In this document: one piece after another, positions 41,801-51,656 of the stretch
Position numbering within the stretch: position 1 is the stretch's first letter
Layout: each line of letters begins with the position of its first letter
Assembly: GCA_963785305.1 (NCBI GenBank)
Contig: CAWAUV010000007.1
Span: forward strand, 640,001-704,000
Direction: 5' to 3'
From: an uncultured Planctomycetaceae bacterium
GTDB lineage: Bacteria; Planctomycetota; Planctomycetia; Pirellulales; PALSA-1355
Length of the DNA stretch: 64,000 nt
Position numbers and translations under genes: made by a program
Notes under the pieces: generated by a model
What the model saw: the letters and a program-made list of their open reading frames with translations, nothing else
What the model was told of the DNA's origin: nothing
Database searches by the model: none

Positions 41801-44800
41801 CGTCGCCGTGATCGTGGCGCTCGACGACTGGCCGTTGAGCGTGGCGGTGGCGGTGTAGGTGATCGTGCCATCGGCCAAGCCGCTCACGTCGATTCCCGAG
41901 ATCGACCATGTGCCGCCCGCGCCGACGACCACCGTGTAGGGATTGGTCGTGGTCGTGCCATCGGTCGCCGTGACACTCACCGTGGCGCCCACGGCAGCCG
42001 TGCCGCTGATGCTGGTCTGCGTGTCGTTGACATTGTTGATCGGGTTCGTGACCGTCGTGATCGAGATCGCCACGGCGTTCACGGTGAGCGTGTAGTTCTG
42101 GGTGAGCGTGGCGCCGGCGGTGTCGGTCACGTTCACGGTGAAGCTGAGCGATCCAGCGGCGGTGGGCGTGCCGGAGATGACCACCGTGCCGGCGCTTGTG
42201 CTGGTGGTGATGTCGCTCGCGGTGAGCCCGGTCGTGCCTGCCGAGAAGTTCGTGATCGTGAGCGCGGTGTATGGCGTCGTTCCGCCCGAGACGGTGATCG
42301 TCTGGTTGTAGGCGGCGCCGGCCGCGGCATTGGGGAGCGAGGTCGGGGTGATCGACAGCGCGGCGTTGGCGGCAATCGAGTAGCTCTGCGTCACGGCGTC
42401 GCCGTTGGTGTCGGTGGCCGAGATCGTGAACGCGACCGGAGTCGTGCTCGAGCTGGTCGTCGTGCCCGAGATGGTGGCCGTGCCGTTGCCGTTGTCGGTC
42501 AGCTTGAGGCCGGCCGGGAGCGAGCCGCTCGCTACGCTGAAGGTGACCGTGCCTGTGCCGCCGGTGGCGGTGATGGTTTGGCTGTAAGCCGTGCCTTCGG
42601 TGGCGCCGGGCAATGTGCTCGGCGAGAGCGTGAAGCCGGCCGTGTTCACGTACACCGAGTAGGCTTGTGAACCGGTATTGCCCTCCGAATCGGTCACATC
42701 CACGGTGAAGGTTACCGGCGTCGTGCTGGCCGTGGTCGGACTGCCGCTGATCACGCCAGAGGTCGAGAGCTGGAGGCCGCCCGGCAAGCTGTCGCCGTTG
42801 GCTAGATAGAAGGCATAGCCCGTGCCCGAGCCGCCGGTGGCGGTGAGCGTTTCATTATAGGCCGTGCCAGTCGTGCCGTTGGGCAGCGAAGTCGGGCTAA
42901 GCGTGATCGTGGTCGAGGCGCCCACGGTCAGTGTGTAGTTCTGGGTGAGCGTGGCGCCGGCGGTGTCGGTCACGTTCACGGTGAAGCTGAGCGATCCGGC
43001 GGCGGTGGGCGTGCCGGAGATGACCACCGTGCCGGCGCTTGTGCTGGTGGTGATGTCGCTCGCGGTGAGCCCGGTCGCGCCGGCCGAGAAGTTCGTGATC
43101 GTAAGCGCGGTGTACGGCGTCGTTCCGCCCGAGACGGTTATGGTCTGGTTGTAGGCCGTGCCGGCCGTGGCATTGGGGAGCGTGGTCGGAGTGATCGCCA
43201 AGACATTATTGACAGTCACGCTATAAGCTTGCGAGCCGGTGTTGCCAGCCGAATCGGTGACATCCACGGTGAACGACACGGGCGTCGTGCTGGCCGTGGT
43301 CGGTTGGCCGCTGATGACGCCGGCCGTCGAGAGCTGGAGACCGGCCGGCAAGCTGTCGCCGTTGGCTAGGTAGAAGGCATAGCCGGTTCCCGAGCCGCCG
43401 CTGGCGGTGAGTGTCTGGCTGTAAGTCGTGTTTACCGTGGCGTTCGGCAAAGTCGAGGGGCTGAGCGTGATCGTGGTCGAGGCGCCCACGGTCAGTGTGT
43501 AGTTCTGGGTGAGCGTGGCGCCGGCGGTGTCGGTCACGTTCACGGTGAAGCTGAGCGATCCAGCGGCGGCGGGCGTGCCGGAGATGACCACCGTGCCGGC
43601 GCTTGTGCTGGTGGTGATGTCGCTCGCGGTGAGCCCGGTCGTGCCTGCCGAGAAGTTCGTGATCGTGAGCGCGGTGTAGGGCGTCGTTCCGCCCGAGACG
43701 GTGATCGTCTGGTTGTAGGCGGCGCCGGCCGCGGCATTGGGGAGCGAGGTCGGGGTGATCGACAGCGCGGCGTTGGCGGCAATCGAGTAGCTCTGCGTCA
43801 CGGCGTCGCCATGCGTGTCGGTGGCCGAGATCGTGAACGCGACCGGAGTCGTGCTCGAGCTGGTCGTCGTGCCCGAGATGGTGGCCGTGCCGTCGCCATT
43901 GTCGGTCAGCTTGAGGCCGGCCGGGAGCGAGCCGCTCGATACGCTGAAGGTGACCGCGCCTGTGCCCCCGGTGGCGGTGATTGTTTGATCGTACGCCGTG
44001 CCTTCGGTGGCGCCGGGCAATGTGCTCGGCGAGAGCGTGAAGCCGGCCGTGTTCACATACACCGAGTAGGCTTGTGAACCGGTATTGCCCTCCGAATCGG
44101 TCACATCCACGGTGAAGGTTACCGGCGTCGTGCTGGCCGTGGTCGGACTGCCGCTGATGACGCCGGCCGTCGAGAGTGAGAGACCCGCGGGCAGGGCGCT
44201 GCCCGAGGCGAGGCTGAAGCTGTAGCCGGTTCCCGAGCCGCCGGTGGCGGTGAGCGTTTCATTATAGGCCGTGCCAGTCGTGCCGTTGGGCAGCGAAGTC
44301 GGGCTAAGCGTGATCGTGGTCGAGGCGCCCACGGTCAGTGTGTAGTTCTGGGTGAGCGTGGCGCCGGCAGTGTCGGTCACGTTCACGGTGAAGCTGAGTG
44401 ATCCGGCGGCGGTCGGCGTGCCGGCGATGGTCACCGTGCCGGCGCTTGTGCTGGTGGTGATGTCGCTCGCGGTGAGCCCGGTCGCGCCGGCCGAGAAGTT
44501 CGTGATCGTAAGCGCGGTGTACGGCGTCGTTCCGCCCGAGACGGTTATGGTCTGGTTGTAGGCCGTGCCGGCCGTGGCATTGGGGAGCGTGGTCGGAGTG
44601 ATCGCCAAGACATTATTGACAGTCACGCTATAAGCTTGCGAGCCGGTGTTGCCAGCCGAATCGGTGACATCCACGGTGAACGACACGGGCGTCGTGCTGG
44701 CCGTGGTCGGCGAGCCGCTGATGACGCCGGCCGTCGAGAGCGTGAGGCCCGCGGGCAGGGTGCTGCCCGAGGCGAGGCTGAAGCTGTAGCCGGTTCCCGA

Positions 44801-46624
44801 GCCGCCGCTAGCGGTGAGGGTTTCGCTATAGGCCGTGCCCTTGGTGGCGTTCGGCAAAGTCGAGGGGCTGAGCGTGATCGTGGTCGAGGCGCCCACGGTC
44901 AGTGTGTAGTTCTGGGTGAGCGTGGCGCCGGCGGTGTCGGTCACGTTCACGGTGAAGCTGAGCGATCCGGCGGCGGTGGGCGTGCCGGAGATGACCACCG
45001 TGCCGGCGCTTGTGCTGGTGGTGATGTCGCTCGCGGTGAGCCCGGTCGTGCCTGCCGAGAAGTTCGTGATCGTGAGCGCGGTGTATGGCGTCGTTCCGCC
45101 CGAGACGGTGATCGTCTGGTTGTAGGCGGCGCCGGCCGTGGCATTGGGGAGCGAGGTCGGGGTGATCGCCAAGACATTATTGACGGTCACGCTATAAGCT
45201 TGCGAGGCCGTGGCGCCGCTGCTGTCGGTGGCGGTGATTGTGAACGACACCGGCGAGGTGCTGGCCGTGGTCGGAGAGCCCGAGATCGTGGCCGTGCCGT
45301 TGCTGTTGGTGGTGAGACTCAGGCCCGTGGGCAAGGAGCCGAGGCTGACGCTGTAGGTGTAGGAGCCCGATCCGCCGCTGGCGGTGATTGTCTGGCTGTA
45401 GGCCGTGTTTTCCGTGGCGTTGGGCAGTGTCGTGGGAGCGATGGCCAAGGCATTGTCGACGGTGATCGAATAGGCCACGCTGGTGGTGTTGCCCGCGGAA
45501 TCACTGAGATCGATGGTGAACGATACCGGCGTCGTGCTGGCCGTGGTCGGCGTGCCGCTGATGACGCCTGCGCTCGAAAGCGCGAGCCCGACGGGTAGCG
45601 CGCTGCCCGAAGCGAGGCTGAAGCTGTAGCCGGTTCCCGAGCCGCCCATGGCGGTGAGGGTTTGGTTGTAAGCGGTGTTCGCGGTCGCCGCGGGCAAAGT
45701 GCTGGGCGAGATCGCGAGCGCGGCGTCGACCGTGTACGACGGGCCCGCGAAGAGCACCGCTCCGCTGCCGCTGCCCAGAGCCGCGCCCGAGGTGCTGGTG
45801 ATCAGGCCGGCGTCGATCAGGTTCAGACCCAGGGTGTTGTTGCTGCCGGTGACCGTGCCGGTGTTGACGGACACGGTGTAGGTGCTTCCGCTGCCGGTCA
45901 CATTGCTGACATACGCGCCGGTGATGCCGGAGGAAGCATTCACCGCGAACGAGTTGGCGTCGACGCCGGTCACCGCTTCGTTGAAGGTGACGGTGTAGTT
46001 CACGGTCGAGGCCGTGGTGGGATTCGCGCTGGCCAGGGCGATCGACGTGGCCACCGGAGCGCTCGTGCCGTTGGTGGCGATCAGATTCGTGTAGAACTCT
46101 TGGGCATTGGGGGTCGAGGCGAGGAACAGGTTGATGCTGATGCCCTGGAGATCGAGGCCCTTCTCGCTGAAGTTGTAGCCGGTTCCGGTCTGGTCGGCGG
46201 TGAGCGTGATACCGGAGATCGAATTGGTTCCGGTCGTCCCGCCCGCGGAGCCGGCGAAGCTCACGCCCGCGGTGATTTTCGCGGGCTGGGCTTCGGTGAG
46301 GGTGTAGGTTCCGGCGGCGAGGTTGCTGAAGGTGTAGGTTCCGTTGGCCCCGGTGGTCGTGGTCTGGCTGGCGACGGTGGTCCCGCTCGAATTGGTCCCG
46401 CTGAGCGTGATCAGCACTCCGGGGAGCACGGTGTCCGAGGCGGTGAGCGCGTTGTTATTGTGGTCGACATAGACCGTGCCGCTCACGGTGGCGAGCATCT
46501 GGCGTCCTTCGAGCGACTCGAGCCGCAGGCCCCGGCGACTGGCGGCCGGATTCGCGCGTTGCGAGCGGTGCGAGAAGGGGAGCAGGTTAAGAAGAGCCGC
46601 GAGACCTTGACGCCAAATACCCAT
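38882..46624 (-). CDS. Giant Thr/Ser/Gly-rich surface adhesin (planctomycete extracellular motif, SdrD-B, He_PIG-type Ig and Big-like repeats), 2580 aa
   Basis: RRGLRLESLEGRQML; VSGTVYVDHNNN..GTYTFSNLAAGTYTLTEAQP; repeated LPAGLxLSxxGVISGxPT and SITSVTNPI units. Confidence 0.9.
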   Translation of the reverse strand: MGIWRQGLAALLNLLPFSHRSQRANPAASRRGLRLESLEGRQMLATVSGTVYVDHNNNALTASDTVLPGVLITLSGTNSSGTTVASQTTTTGANGTYTFSNLAAGTYTLTEAQPAKITAGVSFAGSAGGTTGTNSISGITLTADQTGTGYNFSEKGLDLQGISINLFLASTPNAQEFYTNLIATNGTSAPVATSIALASANPTTASTVNYTVTFNEAVTGVDANSFAVNASSGITGAYVSNVTGSGSTYTVSVNTGTVTGSNNTLGLNLIDAGLITSTSGAALGSGSGAVLFAGPSYTVDAALAISPSTLPAATANTAYNQTLTAMGGSGTGYSFSLASGSALPVGLALSSAGVISGTPTTASTTPVSFTIDLSDSAGNTTSVAYSITVDNALAIAPTTLPNATENTAYSQTITASGGSGSYTYSVSLGSLPTGLSLTTNSNGTATISGSPTTASTSPVSFTITATDSSGATASQAYSVTVNNVLAITPTSLPNATAGAAYNQTITVSGGTTPYTALTITNFSAGTTGLTASDITTSTSAGTVVISGTPTAAGSLSFTVNVTDTAGATLTQNYTLTVGASTTITLSPSTLPNATKGTAYSETLTASGGSGTGYSFSLASGSTLPAGLTLSTAGVISGSPTTASTTPVSFTVDVTDSAGNTGSQAYSVTVNNVLAITPTTLPNATAGTAYNQTITVSGGTTPYTALTITNFSAGATGLTASDITTSTSAGTVTIAGTPTAAGSLSFTVNVTDTAGATLTQNYTLTVGASTTITLSPTSLPNGTTGTAYNETLTATGGSGTGYSFSLASGSALPAGLSLSTAGVISGSPTTASTTPVTFTVDVTDSEGNTGSQAYSVYVNTAGFTLSPSTLPGATEGTAYDQTITATGGTGAVTFSVSSGSLPAGLKLTDNGDGTATISGTTTSSSTTPVAFTISATDTHGDAVTQSYSIAANAALSITPTSLPNAAAGAAYNQTITVSGGTTPYTALTITNFSAGTTGLTASDITTSTSAGTVVISGTPAAAGSLSFTVNVTDTAGATLTQNYTLTVGASTTITLSPSTLPNATVNTTYSQTLTASGGSGTGYAFYLANGDSLPAGLQLSTAGVISGQPTTASTTPVSFTVDVTDSAGNTGSQAYSVTVNNVLAITPTTLPNATAGTAYNQTITVSGGTTPYTALTITNFSAGATGLTASDITTSTSAGTVVISGTPTAAGSLSFTVNVTDTAGATLTQNYTLTVGASTTITLSPTSLPNGTTGTAYNETLTATGGSGTGYAFYLANGDSLPGGLQLSTSGVISGSPTTASTTPVTFTVDVTDSEGNTGSQAYSVYVNTAGFTLSPSTLPGATEGTAYSQTITATGGTGTVTFSVASGSLPAGLKLTDNGNGTATISGTTTSSSTTPVAFTISATDTNGDAVTQSYSIAANAALSITPTSLPNAAAGAAYNQTITVSGGTTPYTALTITNFSAGTTGLTASDITTSTSAGTVVISGTPTAAGSLSFTVNVTDTAGATLTQNYTLTVNAVAISITTVTNPINNVNDTQTSISGTAAVGATVSVTATDGTTTTNPYTVVVGAGGTWSISGIDVSGLADGTITYTATATLNGQSSSATITATKNTVSPIVSITSVTNPITSTNDTSVTASGAGQTGDTISLVATDSGTGKTTAYTTTVAAGAWSITGINVSSLADGAITFTATATNSFGSTNTATATATKNTTTAPAVTITTVTNPINNTNDTTTSINGTATAGSTVSVTATDGTTTTNPYTVVVGAGGTWSISGIDVSGLADGTITYTATATLNGQSSSATITATKNTVSPIVSITSVTNPITSTNDTSVTASGAGQTGDTISLVATDSGTGKTTAYTTTVAAGAWSITGINVSSLADGTITFTATATNSFGSTNTATATATKNTTTVAISITTVTNPINNVNDTQTSISGTAAVGATVSVTATDGTTTTNPYTVVVGAGGTWSISGIDVSGLADGTITYTATATLNGQSSSATITATKNTVSPIVSITSVTNPITSTNDTSVTASGAGQTGDTISLVATDSGTGKTTAYTTTVAAGAWSITGINVSSLADGTITFTATATNSFGSTNTAAATATKNTTGAPTIAITTVTNPITSANDATTTISGTATPGSSVSVTATDGTTTTNPYTVVVGAGGTWSISGIDVSGLADGTITYTATATLNGQTATATITSTKSTAAPSVAITTVTNPINNTNLVNVSIGGTATAGTTVTVTGSDGTNTTTPYTTTLAAGVTTWSISNIDTSGLNDGTITFTATASNGVNTGSATTTATKNTVAPNVSITSATDPINSTNDTNVSVAGAADSGDTISVVTTDGTTTTSAYTTTAAGGTWSISGVDLSSLAAGNITFTATATNSYGSTQNATLTSTKSNAAVPNVAFTNVTNPIGASNEASVTATGTGTANATVTLTATDGTNTTTTYNTVIGSNGQWTITGIDVTSLADGAITFNATVSNVGGSSTASTTATKDTAAPATPTITGVTNPINASNQNNVTINGSGNANDTISVVASDTAGNSTNPYKVSVGSGGTWSINSIDVSGLVNGTITFTVTATDAAGNTSQTTVTSTKS
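40085..42070. repeat. Intragenic tandem repeat, about 579-582 bp period, about 3.4 copies
   Basis: Identical shadow ORFs at 40497, 41076 and 41658. Confidence 0.9.
42080..45200. repeat. Intragenic repeat, 1407-bp period, with mosaic sub-repeats
   Basis: Near-identical shadow ORFs at 42133/43540/44947 and 42945/44352. Confidence 0.88.
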
Positions 46625-46923
46625 GAGAAAATGCCCCTATGAATCGGGTCGAGAGGTGGAGGACGACTTTTCCGGCAAACGAACTGGGCAGTTCGCATCG
46701 TCGCCGCCCGGCAGGCGTGTTCCGGCGCCGCCAGTGAGTTCCGCAGTGGGGAGAGCTTCATAGTAATTACGGAAAATGGCGGAATCAATCACCTAAGCGT
46801 CACAGTTTCGCGCCCGGGACCGGCCAAGGCGTGCCGGTCGTAGCGATGGCGCACGAGGCGCGTCGTTGGCCAAGAACTGCCGCCCGAGGGAAATAGGCCG
46901 ACTGGGCAGGGCTGATCGAGGTC

Positions 46924-47090
46924 GACCCTGGCAGCCCGTTGATTTATTCAGCGGGCTGCACGGTCGCATGGATGCGATCACAAAATAGCGACGCACGTCT
47001 GTTATTTTGCGAGCCTGCGTGCAGCTTTGCCGCGTGCATGGCGAGGTTGAAATAAGCCGCGAGGGCTTATTTCAACGGGCTGCCAGGGTC
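46924..47090. mobile_element. 167-bp MITE-like non-autonomous element with 19-bp perfect terminal inverted repeats
   Basis: GACCCTGGCAGCCCGTTGA (46924-46942) / TCAACGGGCTGCCAGGGTC (47072-47090); three internal hairpins; related copies elsewhere in the window. Confidence 0.65.
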
Positions 47091-47525
47091 CATTGATTGC
47101 TGACAGTCGAAGAGGCGGGAATGGGTCGGCGGCGCCTCGCGAGCGGCGCCATTCGCGCCATCTTGCCATCAACTTTTGAAATTCAGCCGGGAGACTCAGC
47201 GCGTTTTGCTCACCTCTGGCGCCCATCCCGCGCGAGCGGCGCCCGGTTTTGATCGATCGCGATGTATGGCGATTCGCTCCGCAAGAAGGAGAAAATGCCC
47301 ATCGCGATCCCTCGATCAAGAGCTCGAAAGCAGCGCTCCGAGGGCCAGAAGCGACGATTCTAGCGGTCGCGCATTCGCGCGCGGTCCACGGCGGCGATCG
47401 GTCCCCTCGGCCCGCCGCCGCGATCGTTTGACACCCCACCATAAAGCATTTACAGTAAATGTCTTGCTGCCGTGTTGCGAAATGTTTGTCGCGCTTTTTG
47501 GGCGCCGATTAGATCGAGGCTTGGC

Positions 47526-48936
47526 GTGGCGGAAAAAGCTTGGTCGGGAGCGTTCAGCCAACCGACGGACGCCCTGGTCGAAAAATTCACCGAAAGCATC
47601 TCTTTCGACCGCCGGCTCTATGCCCACGACATTCGCGGATCGATCGCCCATGCGCACATGTTGGCCAAGGTTGGGCTCCTGTCGACCGACGAAGCCCGGC
47701 AGATTGAACAAAGCTTAGGCGAGATTCGCCGTCAAATTGAGCAAGGCGAGTTCCAGTTCCTCACCGAGCTGGAAGACATTCATATGCACATCGAAGGAGC
47801 GCTGATAGAGCGTTTGGGCGATGTAGGCAGGAAACTCCACACGGCCCGCAGCCGCAACGATCAAGTGTCGACCGACCTGCGGCTCTGGATTCGCGACGCC
47901 ATCGACGCGACCGACGCCCTTCTCGCGGCCCTGCAGCGGGCCTTTGTTTTGCGCTGCGATCGCGACCTCGATTGCATTCTGCCCGGCTATACCCACATGC
48001 AACGGGCCCAACCGGTGGCCGCGCCGCATTATTGGTTGGCCTACTGCGAGAAGTTGGATCGAGACCGGGGACGACTGTCCGATTGTCGGCGACGCGTCAA
48101 CATATTGCCGCTGGGCGCCGCGGCGCTGGCCGGCACGAGTTTGCCGATTGATCGCGACGAGGTGGCCCGGCGCCTGGAGTTCGACGGCGTGGCGGCCAAC
48201 AGCCTCGACGCCGTGAGCGACCGCGATTTTGCCCTTGAGTTCGTGTTCGCGCTGGTGATGATCGCCGAACATTTGAGCGGTTGGGCCGAAGAATGGATTC
48301 TCTGGACCACCAGCGAGTTCAATTTTCTCACCCTGCCGCAGGCCTTCTGCACCGGCTCGTCGATCATGCCGCAGAAGATCAATCCCGACACGCTCGAGCT
48401 CACGCGCGGGCGAACCGGCCGTGTCGTCGGCAGCTTGGCCAGCCTCTTGATGCTGGTCAAAGGCTTGCCGCTGGCTTACAACCGCGATCTGCAAGAAGAC
48501 AAGCTCCCGGTGTTCGAGGCGTTTGATGTGGTGAGCCAGTGCCTTGCCGTGGCCGCGCCACTGGTGGCTGGAGCCGAGCTCAACCGCGACGCGATCGCCC
48601 AGCGGCTCGACGCCGGACATCTCGACGCCACGACGTTCATGGAATATCTCATTCGCTTGGGAGTTCCGCAGCGCACGGCCCATCACATGGTCGGCTCGCT
48701 GGTGCGGCGCGGCTCGCGAGCGCGGCTGTCGGCTGGCCGATCTGCCGCTAAGTGAATTTCAACAGGCCCACGCCGCGCTCGATGGCGGAGTGTTCGAAGT
48801 GCTGGGCGTCGAGCGGGTGGTGGCGGCGTTTGTCAGTCAGGGGAGCGGTGGTCGGCGACACGTGGCCGAGCAAATCAAACGATGGAAAGAACGCTTGGCG
48901 AACGATCGCGCATCGGGTGAACCCGAGCTCGGCTAG
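47526..48936 (+). CDS. argH: Argininosuccinate lyase (frameshift near 48710)
   Basis: [44 protein letters not shown] and YNRDLQEDK motifs; GTG start after GAGG. Confidence 0.95.
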
Positions 48937-48978
48937 GCGGTCTTTACGCGCCGGTCTTTGTGGCGCCAAGGTGGTGGT

Positions 48979-51586
48979 GATGATGGCCCATGCAATTCCG
49001 CACACGATGCGATACCAACGAGCGCGAGCGACCCGCGCGCGGCGCGGCGCATGGCTGCCCATGCTGCTGGCGCCGCTCGTTGCCTTGACGATTGTCGACC
49101 GCGCGGCGATGGGCGACGACGAGCCGGAAGCTCCGGCGACGGGCGCGCCGGCCGCGTCGCCGGCTTCGGCGCCAGTGCTCACGAGCAAAGGCAAGGAAGA
49201 CCCGCTCTTGCGCTCGTTGATCGAGGCCGATCCGAAAACCGCCCAGGAGATCACGCGCACGGTCAAGACGCTGATCGATGTGCGTCAACCAACACTGGCC
49301 AAGACATACTTGCAGCGGTTGATCGCCTTGAAGCTTCCGCCCGCCGAGAGCGACCGCTTGCTCGATGAGTTTGGAACACCGGTGTTCATCGAGATCACGC
49401 AAGTCCCGGAATTGGCCGCCGTGGCGGGCCCTTTCGTGCAAAAATTACTGGCCGATGCCCAGGCGTTTCGCCGTGATCCGGCCCGGCTGGCCACGATGAT
49501 CGCGGATCTCGGTTCGCAAGATCGCTACACGCGGCAAACGGCGCTCGATCAACTCGAGCGTTCGCGCGAGACGGGCGCGATGGCGATGATCGGCGTCTTG
49601 GCCGATCCGAAGCGGGCCGAGCAGCATGCCGCCGTGCGCGGCGCGCTCGCGCGAATGGGCGCCGCCGCGATCGGGCCGGCCGAAAGCGCGCTCCTGGCGC
49701 ACAATCCGGCGCTCGAGGCTCGAATCATCTCGCTGCTGGCCAAGCTCGAGGATAAGTCGGCGGCGATCCTGATGGTCCGCGCCGCGGTCGATCCCGCTTC
49801 GCCGCCGGAACTTTCGCGCGCGGCCCATGCGGCGATTCTCCAACTGCGAGGCAGCGAGGTAGCGCTCGACGACGGGCGCCAAGCGCTCGCCCGCGATATT
49901 CGCATGCTCCTTGACGCCGCGGTGCGACTCAGCGGTTCGGATCCCGCGTCGGCCGGCGCCGAGCTGCCGAAGCCCCCCGCTGCCGCTAAGAAAGGCGCTG
50001 CCAAAAAAGCCGCCGATACCGAAGACGGCGCGATTGCCGGCAATCCGGCGGTCGAGCCGCCGGTGTTTGCCGACGCTCCGATCTTGGTCGAAGTCTGGCG
50101 CTGGGATGCGAAGAAGCGGGCGCCCGTGCTCGCCATGGCGCCGCAAGCGATTGCGTGGGCCGATCGCGCCGATCAACTCGCCCAGGACTTGTTAGCGCTC
50201 GACGCCGGCGATGCCGATGCTTCCGCCGCCGTTTCTTCGGCCGCCGGCATCTCGCCGGTCCGCCCCGCGATGGCTCCCGAGCAAGCTGCCCAAGAGCGAG
50301 CGGCCCGGAATCGGCTGGCCCTGCTGGCGCGTTTGACGGCGGCGCGGCTCGATGGAGATTTGGATCAACCGCTGCCGGTGGGTGAAGGCACGGCGCATGA
50401 CTTGGCCGTGTCGTTTGGCGCCGAGCAGCTCAACGCCGCCCTGGCCCAAGCCCTGGCCGACGACAACCCGTTTGCCGCCGCCGCGGCCGCCGATATTTTG
50501 GGCGAGATTGGCTCGGCCGAACTGCTCACTCAGCAAGGCGCCCGGCGATCGCCGCTGGTCGACGCGTTGCAATCGGCCGATCGCCGGGTACGATTCGCCG
50601 CGCTGGGATCGATCGTAAAGCTCGCTCCCTCGGTTCGTTTTCCTGGCGACGGCTATGTGCCGTTGAGCCTGGCCTATTTCTCCAACACGCGCGCCGCGCC
50701 GCGAGTGCTGATTGGGCATCCGCGCCGCGACATGGGGCAATATCTCGCCGGCCTGCTCGCGGGCGAAGGGTATGAAACCGACATCGCCACCAGCGGCCGC
50801 GAAATGTTTCACCTGGCGAGCGCCTCGCCCGACTATGATTTTGTGCTGTTGCACTACGCGATTCGCGACCCGCAGCTCGATGATTTATTGACGACTCTCC
50901 GCCGCGATCCGACCACGCGTCGCATGCCGCTGGGTTTGCTCGCGCTTTCGCCCGATCTTCTTCGGGCCGAGCACATTGCCCAGAGCGTTCCGCCGGCGCT
51001 GGCGATGCTCGAGCCGGGGGCAGCCACGCAAATGGCGATTCGCACCGGTCAGCTTTTGCGGCTCCAAGGGCGAAATCGCGTGCCTTTCGCGGCCCGGCAG
51101 CGGCAAGCCCAGGCGGCCCTGGGATGGATCGGCAAGCTCGTGGCCGGCTCCACGAAAACATACGAACTGCGCTTCCTGACTCCGACCCTGATCGGGCTAT
51201 TGAATGTGCCCGGCTTCGAGAGCGCCGCGATCGAGCCACTTGTGGCGATTGGCGGCGCGCCGGCGGAGCTTGCGTTGCTCGATATTGCCGATAGCAACGT
51301 CCAGCCGCTTGAATTTCGGCAGCAAGCGGCGGCGGCGTTTGTCCGCTGTGTCGAGCGCCATGGCATATTGCTGAAGCGCGGCGAAATCGAGCGACAATAC
51401 GCGCTCTACAATGCGAGCGAGCGCTCGGGGGCCGAGATTCAAGCCGTGCTCGCCGCGGTGCTCGATGCGATCGAAGCCCGCGGCGGCGCCGAGAAGCCCG
51501 GCGAGGAGAAGCCCGGCGCCGAGAAGGCCGGCGCCGAGAAGGCCGCTACTGAACGTCCCGCCGAAAAACCCGCCGTAAAACAATAG
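48979..51586 (+). CDS. Exported HEAT-repeat protein with a receiver-like domain (start uncertain)
   Basis: Signal-like RRGAWLPMLLAPLVAL; HEAT repeats (ALQSADRRVRFAA); REC-like VLIGHP..GYETDIATSGREMF..DYDFVLLH..LRRDPTTRRMPL; EKPG tail repeats. Confidence 0.65.
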
Positions 51587-51656
51587 CCCTGGGCGCCCAA
51601 TCCGTTTTTCAGGTTCACCTCGAGACTCCGATCTTTCACTTCGTCGTCGTTCGCGT

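Noticed and set aside
40085..45200. DGR template/variable repeat pair or mobile element
   Set aside because: Repeats are in-frame Ig-like domain duplications; no reverse transcriptase and no evident adenine-specific variation
39114..46642. Long overlapping His/Arg-rich and Val-rich ORFs within the adhesin
   Set aside because: Shadow frames of Thr-rich ACC/ACG codon repeats in high-GC DNA
47091..47525. Possible small gene or leader upstream of argH
   Set aside because: ORFs lack coding-like composition or an RBS, and no attenuator or riboswitch was recognised
51490..51545. 15-bp repeats encoding EKPG/EKAG
   Set aside because: Ordinary low-complexity C-terminal tail
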